A stretch of 61,997 nucleotides of DNA, the filler included, from Nemertoderma westbladi (lineage: Eukaryota; Animalia; Xenacoelomorpha): NCBI GenBank assembly GCA_032718475.1. It is 3 parts of 3 records of this genome, joined end to end, with 100 filler letters (N's around TTAATTAATTAA, not from the genome) between each part and the next. Parts side by side here need not be neighbours in the genome. Positions count along the whole stretch, not along the records: positions 1 to 18,522 come from JAUCBJ010001952.1; positions 18,623 to 34,342 come from JAUCBJ010000510.1; 1 more part is not named here. The stretch is one strand, 5' to 3'. The notes under the pieces are model-generated. The model did not search any database. It saw only the letters and a list, made by a program, of their open reading frames with translations, and was not told the origin of the DNA. Positions 14,351 to 26,643 of this stretch are shown here, piece by piece; positions within the stretch are counted from its first letter, which is position 1; each line of letters begins with the position of its first letter. Made by a program: the position numbers and the translations under genes.

Positions 14351-14542
14351 AAGCAAGCAAACAACAGTCGGCCGAGACCCGAAGGCTCCTCTTTCGATAG
14401 CTGCTACCCGGTTGGGCGCTATCTCTTGTTTTGCTCCCAGTTATTTAACTGGTACTCATATGTGAGTAGACCCTGGCGGGGCTGAACCTACAATCAATAG
14501 ATTGCAGGCCCGGCGCTCAGCCAACTGAGCTAACCCGCCATG
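14351..14542 (-). mobile_element. tRNA-derived SINE
   Basis: Minus strand has A box tagctcagttgg and B box ggttcagcccc, a gaaagaggagccttcgggtc 3' module and a short-repeat tail. 9-bp TSD tttcatgta at 14342-14350 and 14543-14551. Confidence 0.85.
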
Positions 14543-14741
14543 TTTCATGTATCGAAATAAATATGTATATATACCGGTACTTAGTGTTTACAGTATGTCA
14601 GAAACATCATTTTTCATGTTGTCTCACAATGCTAATTTTCAGAAAATATTTAAACTAAAACATGTCTGCCTTGGAGCCTTGGAGCTGCGTACTAAAAACG
14701 TATAGGCCTACGTTTAAAGTTGCGCCCAAGATCTACACTGC

Positions 14742-16292
14742 ATGTGGGGCGAGCCACGAAGTGAGTGAGCCTTAGCGTAGTGGTACCATTAATCAACCTG
14801 TCGTTCTGTCGTTCTGTCGTTCTGTCGTGTTCAATTTTAAACGTTAATAACTCGGCCAATCTTTGATGAAATCTATCCAAACTTGGTACACATGTTGTTT
14901 GGCAAAAGTTTAGAAATTTTCCAAGTAGAATTTCCGTGTGGCCTTCGAGAGGCTAAGATAATAGCAGTTAATTAGTTAATTAAGTTGATTGCGGTGAAAA
15001 CGCCATTTTCAACCTGCCTTTTAAAGGAAATTAATTGTTTTACAGTATAAGATTTAAATAATTATACTTAAAAATTATACAGATATAATCCCCATACGCC
15101 ATTCTATTATAGTTTTTAATTAGTTTAAGTGATTTGCTTTAATAAATGTGTCTTTAATTAATCTAAACGTAATTAAACCGCACAATTATTGAGTACAAAT
15201 TTAATCCTTCCCATTATTGGTCAAGTCTCTGCTGGTGTGGAGCTAGCTGCTGGGAGTTGTGGCTGTAGACTAACCTGAGAGGAATTGTAATAGAGGCAAC
15301 CAGTATTGCTATTCCAGCCCAATCACTGAATTGTGTTTATTATAGGCTGGACGGGCCGCATAACCGTTCGACTATTACTACTATTGCTATCTCAGTTAAA
15401 TGACAGATATAATAACATAAATACAATCCATGGCATGGCTGTTGTAGGCTTCTGAAATAGTTTATTCCACAATGTATATGTCTGGTTATTTTTTAATTGA
15501 ATTTTTGCAAAGTAGTAAAATTAATGTTCTTAAAAATAATATTATTATTTTATATGTAACCTAGGAAATTAGCTACATTTTTTCGCTGCAGCTTTAAGAG
15601 TGTACATTGATTTAATATATTATTTCAATACCCATATTACTACATCGGCATAAGATGCGTTGGCGTTGTATCACACATCTCCACATATCACACATCTCCA
15701 CATAGATGTATCAACAGTTACTCGCACAGTTTCGAAACTTCGCATAGTTATAACTGTATAAAGATCGTCAGTCTGCGTTTAGGAAAAATATTTTATGACA
15801 AAACAGGACAACGAGCAACGAGGCATATAATGAAGACGAGTACTGCGTTGACTAAATTATTATATAAACCACCTGGCTTCACATATTGATCGCATCCCTA
15901 GTTATTATTATTATAAAGATCGTCCTAGCTTGCGTTTAAGAAATATATTTAAATACAAAACAGGACGAACGCAAAGAGGCTTATAATGAAAACGAGTACT
16001 GCGTTTATTATATTCCTATAAACCACCTGGCTTTGCATATTTAACGTGCGATTGGAAATAAGTTCGTGCTACCCTTCCGTGGGTGGTAGATGTCGCGGTT
16101 ATGTATTGGTGGTTGGGAAGGTTGGGGGGGGGGGGGGGGGGAGATTAAAAGGGGTGAACACGTACTGTCCACCTTTCTTTGATTGATTGGTGGTGTGGGT
16201 AAATTTCTCAAAACCTGATTTTGTGATACAGTCGCTGCATTTTAATTTGTATATAATAACTAGGCCTCGTGCTGCGCGAAGTCCCCACGAAC
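14742..16292 (-). mobile_element. Helentron/DINE-1-like non-autonomous element, copy B
   Basis: Inverted homologue of both arms of 11220-12850 with an unrelated interior. Partial subunit duplication near 15760-16050. Confidence 0.55.
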
Positions 16293-16360
16293 GTGTACTA
16301 CAACTACAGACAGCAAAAATACAAATTAAAATAAGATTAATAGTTGTTGTCAATTATTGT

Positions 16361-18252
16361 CAATGGGGTAGACGACTCGGAAATTTTTTTTCGAGTTTTC
16401 GTTGGTTTCATGTGAAAGAGCATGTGAAAAAACCCCAGAGAGCAATTTTACTTAAAAAAAAATTAATATTTGCCGAGTTATAGCAATTTTAAAACGCAGA
16501 ATTAGCAACATCGAAAAATCAGGCCGTTTCAGAAAACTGCACGAGTGACGTCAGCCATAACACAGCAACAGTTGTCAAGCGCAGTTGATTGGCTAATATA
16601 AAGTATAATATTGCAGTATCTAAAATAAAACAAATAATAAATTTAGCTAAGTACCGTATTTATTTGGATGTGTATTTGTGTTGTGTTAAGAATCGATTAT
16701 AGGATAGCGGTATGGAGGCAAATTATTCATATCAAGTTAATTATTCTAGAATAATATTTATTTCGCCCATACCTGTATCGTAGAGGTGTAGCTAAAAATA
16801 AATATAGCTAGCTAATTACTGCCGGCCGTTTCATTAATCTATTTTTTTATTGTTTTTACAGCGAACAATGCGGGATGGGTAGATTAGCACTAGATGGAAA
16901 TTATTTAGATTTTTTGTCAGTTCACTGTAAAGTGTTAGGCTCATTCCAAAGTAAAGTACGGGACATTCGTGCACAATTTTGAACTTTGATTGCCTGTACA
17001 ATGTTATCCACAGCACATATGTGCACAAAATTGTGCTTGGATTGAACTTTCGAATATCAGCTTTGATTTCGCGAAGCTTATGGCGGGACTTAGTCACTTT
17101 TGAGAAAACACCAGCTTGTCCAATTAAGGTAAAGTACGGATTCGTACGAAATGGTTTTATTTATTTTATGATTTCAATTCTAAAATTTAGCGAATTGTGC
17201 GCAGGTACGGTGTTGAGTTGATGTTTAGGATAAAGCTGTATTATTAAGCTTAAATAAAAATAAAAATATCAGACGAATTGCTACATTGCTAATTTTTTAC
17301 AGTGTGGTGAGCGTGATAAAGTATGGGACATTGCTAGGTAAAGTACGGGACCTGTACGAATTTTATGGTCAAAATGGTCTCTTACAATTAACCTAACAGT
17401 AATTTCTGGATAATTAGTGATAATAAAGTGCAACTAAGTATTTCCACCAAGATATGGATACAAAATGTGGGGCGACCCACAAATTGACCCGAAGTCTTAG
17501 CATATGGATACCCTCGAGCAGTTGTATTTCATCTGTCTAATTTTTGATCGCTAATACTGTATAACTCGGTCATTTCTAGATGAAATTAAACCAAACTTGG
17601 TACGTATGAAGTCAGTCAAAAGTTTGGAAAGAATCTGAAGTTTAAGGAATCAAAGGTCACATATCAGACAGTCTGTCTGTTGGTGCCGATAGTTTCAAAA
17701 TTTAGATAAAAACCGAAATAAGTCCGCCAATCATTGATGAATTATAACCAAACTTGGTATGTAGTCTGTAAAAAGTTTAGAAATTCTTTCCATTTTTCTG
17801 AAAATGTATCAATTACTCTACTTACCGATCTTCTTATCTGCTAAAAAAACTACTTTTTTTGAAATTTGTTAATAAATATATATTTATAAGATAAATAAAT
17901 ATTATTCTGGAATAATTAACCTGTTATTAATTAATTGCCGCCATTAGGTATTCTTAACACAACACAAAAACACACCAAATAAATATTAGCTACACTATTT
18001 ATTTTAGTTACTAAGAGATTTATATTGTATAGTAACCAATGAACATTTACTGCTGCACTCGTGACGTCACTCGTGCTGTTTTCTGAAACGGCCTGATTTT
18101 TCGATGTTGCTAATTTTGCGTTTTAAAATCGCTATAACTCGGCCAATATTAATTTTTTTGAAGTAAAATTGCTCTCTGGGGTTTTTTCACATGCTCTTTC
18201 ACATGAAACCAACGAAAACTCGAAAAAAATGTCCGAGTCGTCTACCCCATTG
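16361..18252. mobile_element. Non-autonomous DNA transposon with long TIRs (Kolobok-like)
   Basis: caatggggtagacgactcgg... and ...ccgagtcgtctaccccattg. About 190 bp of near-perfect inverted repeat, decaying out to ~330 bp. The TSD is not clean, so the superfamily is tentative. Confidence 0.75.
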
Positions 18253-18522
18253 TTATAAATAAAGTTTGTTGTGTGGTTTATCAAGAGCTACAAAACAACC
18301 CCAAAATTGTCGTATTATATTCACGCAATCAAAAAATATAAGCATTTTAAGATTTTGCTACACTTTGCGAAGCCTAAGGTACACACCTAAGAAGTATAGT
18401 ATTAATTAAATTTTAACATTGGTTTCTGGTTCCAGGATTTAAGATTGATCTTTTTGGGCTACAAAATCTCTACCGGCTATGTACTATGGCCTACGGCTCA
18501 CCCCGAGCAGTGTAGTTAGGTG

Positions 18523-18622
18523 NNNNNNNNNNNNNNNNNNNNNNNNNNNNNNNNNNNNNNNNNNNNTTAATTAATTAANNNNNNNNNNNNNNNNNNNNNN
18601 NNNNNNNNNNNNNNNNNNNNNN
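18523..18622. other. Scaffold gap with artificial ttaattaattaa linker
   Basis: 100-nt N run containing an all-frame stop linker, identical in design to 34343-34442. Confidence 0.95.
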
Positions 18623-18732
18623 TCGAAAAGTCCCCCAGAATCCCAAGTTAACCTATATAGTTAGCGATGGCCTGCGGCTTTAGGAGCGGCCGCGGTATTC
18701 ACCTCCCTCATAGCGGCCGCGGCGGTGTTGCG

Positions 18733-21351
18733 TCAAATGGAGAAATATTTATCCCACCAAGAAATGGTAAGAGTCATTTTTTGGATCATTTTCCCTATGT
18801 AATCTTTCCAATTTAGCTCGTTATCAATGTTCACTCCCAGATATTTTACTGATGGAGATTGTGGAATAGGTTCAGGGTAGCCTACATTTAATTTTATGGA
18901 TGAGAAGTCAGCTCTATTTTCTGGGCTGATTTGCTTCGGAGATAAAAGGAGAAATTCCGTTTTGTCTGGGTTCAGTTTCAAATGAGAATCATTAAATATT
19001 TTTTGAATTTTCTGAACATTCGACTCTAACAATTTTGTAGCTTGTTCTGGATCTGAGTCAGCCACATAAATAACTGTATCATCAGCATACTGTATAATTG
19101 AAACATTTGTCAGTTGTTCTGGAATGTTATTGGTATATAGCATAAATAATAGAGGCCCTAAAATGGTACCTTGGGGAACGCCCCTTGTTTCAGTTAGCCA
19201 ATCAGAAAAAGTATTTTCTACTTTAACACGTTGCTTCCTTTTCAATAGGTAATTTTGTATGAGGTTCAGTGCAGTCGAGTGGAAGCCTAAATGTTTGAGT
19301 CTGTGATTCAAAATGTCATGATTTATAGAGTTGAAAGCTTTGCTTAGGTCTAAAAATGCGGCTGCGACAAATTTGTTGTCATTCAAATGTTGACGCCAAT
19401 TCTCAGTTAAGTAAGTAACAGCATCAACAGTAGAAAATCCTTTTCGGAAACCAAATTGTTTTGGGTATAAAAGCTTATTATCTTTGACATATTCAAGTAT
19501 TTGAGAACACATAATTTTTTCAACAACTTTGGCAAAAGGAGACGTTATTGCAACTGGTCTGTAGTTCGCAGCATCAAATAGATCACCTTTTTTATAAATT
19601 GGGGAAATATTCGACAGTTTTAGATGGTCTGGGAATAAAGATTTCGTCAAACATTGATTTATTAGAAAATGCAACGGCCCCGAAATGTGAGATCGAATTT
19701 CCCTTATTATTTTTGTAGGTATTTTACAAGGTCCAGAGGACTTATTTTCATTTAATTGATCAATTCTATAGTCTACTTCTAATAGACTCACGCATTTAAA
19801 TGAAAAAGGAGCTCGGTTTTGTACGGAGTCGACTGGTAGGGTATAAATGCCCATATTGGTCGACGAGCAATTAAAAAAGTTCCCTAAATTTAGAAAAGTT
19901 TCATTCATGGCATTTGATAATTGTTTTCTGTTAGTTATTAAAATACCTCTGTATTTGATACAGTTAATGGAGGCACTTTTGATTTTATTATTTATAATTT
20001 TATTAATTATTTTCCACCTTGATTTGCTGTCCCTGGCACTCAGATATTTATTTTTTACGAAATTATTCTTTAGTTTATTGTTCAGATTATTAAACTTATT
20101 TCGCAATAATTTGTATGCTTTGTAATCGTTATCACTTTTTGTACGGCGCCAAAGTGCAAATTTTTTATATTTATTGGTTTTTAACTCATTAAGTTCATCT
20201 GTTGCCCAGTCATCTCTCATCATATTTTTATTAGGAATGACTAGTTTACGTTTCATAGGGGCATATTTATTCAGTATTTCCACTATCTGATTTTCAAAAA
20301 TCTCAAATTGTTTATTGATATCATCCTCAAGATAAAAATCATTCCAGATAATATTCTCAATTTCATTTAAAAAGGCACCTTTGTTAAAATCAGTAAAATT
20401 CCTATACTCAATCCACTCGTTGTCTTTCTTTACCATTTTATTAAATTTATGTTTAATTGATGTCACTGTGTAATCATGATCTGAGAAATCGCATAAATAT
20501 ACACTGCCAGTGGAATTAGAAATAGTAGTTCGATTCAGACTAGTTATTACCACGTCTAAAAGTGTGGAAGTTTTATCCGTGGTTCTAGTTGGCACTGTTG
20601 TATTTGTTAGGTACAATGTATACAAATTTAAGATGTCATTGAGAGCTGAAAGTCTCGTATTATTAACTCCTGAAGTCCCCAAAATGTTTACATTTAGGTC
20701 ACCTTGGATAATTAATTTTTTATTTGGTTCCAGAATTTGTGCATTTTCAATTTCCTCTGAAAAACTGTTAAAAAAGTTAGTATTTATTTTAATTCTAGTT
20801 CTGGGCGGACGATAAACAGTGCAAACCAAAATATCGTCTATTTCCACCCATATCGATTCTAAAACCCCGTTAGTTTTGATATCGGGTCTAACCCTACTAT
20901 TTATATGTTCTGGAACATATGTTAAGACTCCACCCCCCTTCCTTCCCCTTCTGTCTTGCCTATAAATTTTATAACCGGGAATGGCTACTGCTTTATCGCT
21001 AATATGTTTCTTTAACCACGTTTCGGTTACAGATAAAATGCAGTTATTTGAACCCCTCAGCAAACTGCGTACATGATCGATATTTTTAAATAAACTTCTA
21101 GCATTTATTTGAATAAAATGAAATGTTTGACTGTTAGACCGAATAAAAGATTTCAGATCTACCTGTATATCATCAATCTGAGGGCCAGGGTTCGGGTGGA
21201 TGTCTCCAGCTAGAGCTAATAGATTGTTTACTGTGAGACTCACAATTAAAATAGAACTTATTACTACACGGACATATAATAATGTACTTAATTTAAAACT
21301 TAAAATGCGTTTATTAGGCGCAATTTCGTTAGATATTCTAATGGGGTTCAC
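18733..21351 (-). mobile_element. LINE ORF2 (APE endonuclease + RT), Crack/Daphne/L2-group, 3'-truncated
   Basis: Uninterrupted 872-aa ORF. EN: INARS, VTETW, YRPP, GDLN, SDH. RT: NYRPV, QFGFR, FLDLSKAF, GVPQG, YADD, YLG. N-terminal GDIHPNPGP. Confidence 0.92.
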
Positions 21352-24300
21352 GACTCAAATTCAAAACCAGATTAATTAGATGCAATAATATAACAGAAAC
21401 ACAATGGCGTTTACAGAATTCAATAAGATGCTAAAATAGCCGAGATATTTGTGTTTTCAGTTTAAAAATTATTCAAAATATGAAAACGATCTGTGATTGG
21501 TCGTGACGTTTACTATATCGAAAACATTCAGTCCGCGGCAAGCCGATTTTAGGGCATTCATCGTAAATAGGAAAATATAGACTATCTTTTTGGAGTTATT
21601 TCTGCCCTGGTGATTAAATGAGAAAACAACAAGTTCTTTATTATCAATTAATTTCTGCCACTAGGGCCATCATCAGGATATAAATCAAACAGACGGAACT
21701 ACACCAACTACATACAGATCCTAATATTTACATGTTACTTGTTACAATAAAAAAATACAAAAATAGGCCTAGGTAAGTAGACAAACCCGTAACCGCAACC
21801 AACTACACCACAGTGGTCGTGTAGTAAGTACTGATCTAGGTACCGGACCGGTACGGGACTCCTCACGTGGGGGCCGCCTAAGGTCCACTCCCTTGCAACT
21901 ACGCGTAGTTCGCAGTTTTTAGGGCCAATCCTCATATTACATATACCTGATAGCAAATTGCCTAAACAGATTCATTCAAAACAATAGTAGCAAAATAAAC
22001 AACATTAAATAACACGCACCTGATATTAATTACACCACAGGGAAAGACCCCACAACTGTACATTATGTATTATTTCGTTATCAGTTCTTAACGTGTAATC
22101 CCTAAACTAAAGAATTATATTTAGGCTGACTGGTGTATTACCCAACACTAAACACCAATTTTTGCTTAACCGCAAAATATAGTAAATGAGCGTATTTCTA
22201 CTGTACAATATACACAATAGGGCCTAAAACCTGTACGTAGGAAAAGCTGCACTAGTTAATAAATGTGACATTTAACCTACGTAATACATCCCTAAAGATT
22301 TCTAATTCAATTCCGACATTTATTTTAGTATTGGCACCAAATAAATGAAACCTGTATTTATAATAGCATTAACGTATTTAACTTACCTATACAGTATGTC
22401 AAATGAAGCATTCTTTCTATTCATTAGGAGCAAAAATTTTTATGCTATGGGACCTTGACCTGAAAACCTTTAAACTAAATTCCGATAGAAATATTTACAA
22501 TACATAAAAATACATAGAAATATACAGTAAATAATTAAACCGGGGAGTAAAATATCCGCACAAGTTTCCCGTTTCCGGATATTGAAGTTGAAAATTATTT
22601 CACAATACAAGACCCAGAACTGTAATCGTTATCTGTTTTAACAAATACCTTTTCCGACGCGTTATTTCCAATAAGGCCAGTTATTCCATTGGCTTTCTTT
22701 GCGATGGTGGCAATGTGTTTCCTGAATGTGAGGGTGTTTTGGATGGTCACCCCCAAGTCTTTCTCCCACCCTGACACAGATAGCACTGATTCGCCGAGAT
22801 GGTAAGGGAATTCGGGGTTATTATGGCAAATATGCATTACTTTGCATTTTTTAATGTTGAAACAAAGTTGCCAAGCTACACTCCACGAGTATAATATATC
22901 TAGGTCAGATTGTAGTGGGCCGATCGGCAGTGTGGGATGGGGGTTGAACATGACATTGTCTTTAATATCGTCGGCAAATAGGTTTAAAAGAAATCTTATA
23001 AGAGACGGTATATCATTTATGAAGCCAAGGATGAAAATAACTGAAGCAACTGCCCCTTGGGGTACTCCACCGACCACAGGTGACCAATCAGAATGTTCGC
23101 CTTCAACAACAACGCGTTGGTATCTATCACATAAAAAGTTTTCAATCCATCCTAACAAGTTTCAACTTATCCCTATTGATTTGAGTTTAAGGAGTAGACG
23201 TTTGTGAGGAACAGCGTCGAATGCCTTGGAGAAATCCAGGTAAACTACATCAATACATTGTCGATTATCGATGGCCGGTGACCAGTTATAGAGGACATCA
23301 AGGAGTGGGAGTGTACAGGAACGGCCCTTCTGAAATCCAAACTGTTGTTTAGATATTATCATATTCTCTATACAGTGAGCCCACTCCCACATGGTATCAA
23401 CAATAATCCTTTCCATTAGTTTGGATACTACCGATGTTAAACTGATCCTTCTGTAGTTGTCGGGATCAGTTTTCTTGCCCCCTTTAAATATAGGCGATAT
23501 GTTTGCCAACTTCCATTGTGAAGGAACGGTAGATGAGTCCATTGATTGTTGAAATATGTTTGATAATGGTTGAGCAAGGTTAGAAGAGAGTTCCTTAAGC
23601 ATGATTGGGTAAATGCCATCGGGTCCAGGAGCACTCGTTGACTTTATTTTATCTATGGCCTCTGAGACAATGGTTGGATTAAAAACAACAGTCTTTAGTT
23701 CAGTTTTATATGTTGGTGTAATTTGTACTGTAGGGAAATCATGGTTTTCTATTGTCGACATAGAATGGTCATGATTATTAAAGACTGTAGCTCTACCTTT
23801 GTTGTCAGTAACCAGTTCTCCATTTGGGTCAATCAGATCAAATACATCATGTTTTATTACTCGCTTTGCGTGAATATATTTCCAAAATTCTTTAGGATTC
23901 GTTGTGGCATTTGAGGCTGTTGTTTTTTCATACTCAAATTGTGCTAGACGGACGGATATACAGCATCTGTTTCTAGACCGTTTGTAGTTGTCGTAGTTGG
24001 TGGTTGTTTTGCTATGTTTGTAGGTGTCCCATAACTTCCTCTTTTCCTTACTCTGGCATCTAATCACAGAATTAATCCACTTTGGTTGTTTATATTGTTT
24101 TTTCTTATGGGTTGACTGAGGTATGTGTTTGTTACACGAGTCAAGTAGCTTGCTGTAGAGAGTATTCCAAGCAGATTGAGCGTCAGACTCATCTTGAATT
24201 GTGGATAAGTTTTCAGCTGTTAGATCGGCCGAAATAGCCGGGTAGTTTGCTTTGGAGAAAATTGGGTGGGATTTCTTTAGTATTTTAGATTCGAATGAAC

Positions 24301-25191
24301 TCAGTCTTATTACGAACTCCAATATAATATGGTCGCTGGCATCCAATGCTGGATGATAGTATGGTGGGTCAACATAATTATCTTCATTGGTTAATATTAG
24401 GTCCAAGATCCGCGGCGTTTGTCCATGTTGATAACGTGTAGGTTTGTCCACCAATTGAGTTAAAAAGTTGTCCTGTATGCAAGATAGAATAATGTTTTCA
24501 CCAGGGTGAGCCGATGATAACAATCCCCATTCGGTGTCAGGCATGTTGAAGTCCCCAATTATAACCAATTCGTTTTTTTTATTTGCTGTACACAATTTAT
24601 TTAAAAAGTTTCTTAAACTGTCAAAGTTGTCGTAACTTGGGCTGCGGTATATACAACATAAAATTAGTGGCACGGGTGACCCTTTGATTGTAATACATAC
24701 TGACTCCAGACCATTTCTTTCTTCAATTTCATTGTTTGTTGATAATAGAGTTGGAGTGTATTCGTTACATGGTACTGTCTGTTTTACATAGATTATGATA
24801 CCTCTCGAACAAGATGTGTCATTTAAGTTAGAGTAAAATTTTTCATAGTTCCCGAGTTTATAACATGCGTCGTCAATATCTAAAGTAGATAACTTGGGGA
24901 GCACCTCAGTCACAGCAATTATTTCGGGTAACATGAATGCAGTAGCAGACTCTAATTCGCCAAGTTTGTTAGCTAAATTATCAGCATTCGTTTATACAGC
25001 CTTTAATAAATTATTGTTGTGCCCCATTGGAGCAGACAGTTGATTATTAGGGGGTTAGTAGTCAATCGACGTGCTGCGCTTCATCCTGAGCGAGTGCAGG
25101 AATTCGATTAGCCTCCTGTCATTGGCTACGTCGTTTCAGTCTCAACTTGTATTCAGCCTCATGGTCGAATTTGGAGATATCTCTATCGAAG

Positions 25192-26393
25192 CAATTGAGA
25201 TAAAATGATTCACAGATTCAGTTATTATATTTAATTTCCAATTAAAACAATATTATGGCAAATAAAATAAATAAAATAATGAATATGAGTTATAATACTG
25301 TATTTAAAATTATTTATAAAAATTGCAATACATTTCAAACTTAAAGTTATTTTCAGGCAAATTATAGAATTATAGTAAATGAGGGCCTAAAGTATGTGTA
25401 TGCAATACACCAGTTTAGGCAATATGAGTTAGTTGATCATTAGGCGACGAAGAAGGGCGGGGGAGGGGGGGGGGGCTACTAATGTTACTATTTCTATAGT
25501 TCCTTTGCGGTTCACTGTTCCATTCCATTGTGTTCCAGATTCAACTGTTGAGGGAGGGCTTATATCTTTTAATAACGAAATCTTCCTTTATCCGCCTTGC
25601 TACAGGTGTTGAGCCAATTCTCATTTTGTGAAATGGAGTTATATTAAATTGGACCTCAAGATGAGCCGCACACTCCCAGATATGCTTCGATACTTTCAAA
25701 TTTCTATACTGTCCATTTTTAATCTGTGACTTGGGCAGTGAAACTCTGTGCTTCAAATCAATGGTCTCCCCAATATATTGCTCACCGCAACCATTTCAAT
25801 GTAAACCGTATATCACATTTTTAACCGTGCAGTCCATTTTCTTTCGAATATCATAGCTTGCCCTCTTAAAAAGTACTTCTTTCGTTTCCACAATATGGTC
25901 GCATGTCTGGCATTTTTTAACGTTGCATTTATTGACTCCTGGGTTCTCCTTCATGAAAAGATCAGAGTGAAATATATCCTTTAATGTTGGCGCCCGTCTG
26001 TAACTACAAATCACCTTGGTATTCCCAAAAACAGTTCGAATACGATAGTTTGATTTAGACATTTGAGCGATGCAATTTTTTACCATAGGGAACATGTGTG
26101 GGTTTAATGGATTGTAGTTTAGAACCATTGGCAGAATGTTTGTACTCGATTTCTCTTTTTCTTTCAATAGTGTGGTTTTGTTCAACATTAACGCCCATTC
26201 CACTGCGTCACCACAAAGGTCTTCCGGATAACCTGATCGTATCAGCGACTCTTTTAGTTCTATTAACCTGGTTTCCAGAATACTTCTATTATCAATAATT
26301 GTAGCCAGCAAACGTGACATATTGTATGGTATATTTATTTTTACATGTCTTGGATGGCAGGACGAAAATGGAAGGTACTCCCTTGAAGTATTA
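25192..26393 (-). mobile_element. 5'-truncated Penelope-like element (RT thumb, Cys linker, GIY-YIG endonuclease, pseudo-LTR)
   Basis: YLPFSSCHPRH...IPY...SGYP, CNVKKCQTCDH, NVIY...CGEQYIGET, ...KPSLN*. 13-bp TSD atctctatcgaag at 25179-25191 and 26394-26406. Confidence 0.88.
25323..25360 (-). ncRNA. Decayed minimal type I hammerhead ribozyme in the Penelope pseudo-LTR
   Basis: Minus strand: ttgc CTGAAAA t aactttaagtt t GAAA tgta TT gcaa. Stem I ttgc/gcaa, a stem II hairpin and a minimal stem III. Core G8 is changed to A. Confidence 0.55.
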
Positions 26394-26643
26394 ATCTCTA
26401 TCGAAGTATTATCGTATATTGCCAGCTAGGAATGATTTGCGGGATAGAATTTGGTGTACCATAGCACTGAGAGGAGCAGCGGGCGGTTTGATCCATCGTT
26501 TCGCGGTTTGCCTGAACGATAAATTGCCTTGTATGGTAGTTTCTCCTCCAAATATTCCAAGAGAAGTTTGTTGTCCACATCTCGTTGTTTATATGTGGAA
26601 TTATTGCCATTGTCGCCAGGTAGGTGGCGGATAACAATATTGT

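Larger units (their letters stand above)
22595..26643 (-). mobile_element. Degenerate CR1 LINE (ORF1 C-terminus + ORF2 EN/RT), interrupted by a Penelope element
   Basis: ORF2 at ~22595-25025: IAVTE, YRSP, GDFN, SDH, IFKGG...NYRRISLTS, YLDFSKAFDAVPH, GVPQG, FADD, EKDLGV, with frameshifts. ORF1-like pieces at 25080-25191 and 26394-26643 (NIVIRHLP...IYRSGKP...RPLLL). Confidence 0.88.

Noticed and set aside
14465-14539. tRNA-Cys gene
   Set aside because: Stems are imperfect, and it has a SINE body, tail and TSD.
18567-18578. ttaattaattaa palindrome within N runs (also at 34387-34398)
   Set aside because: Artificial assembly linker. Adjacency across these gaps is not guaranteed.
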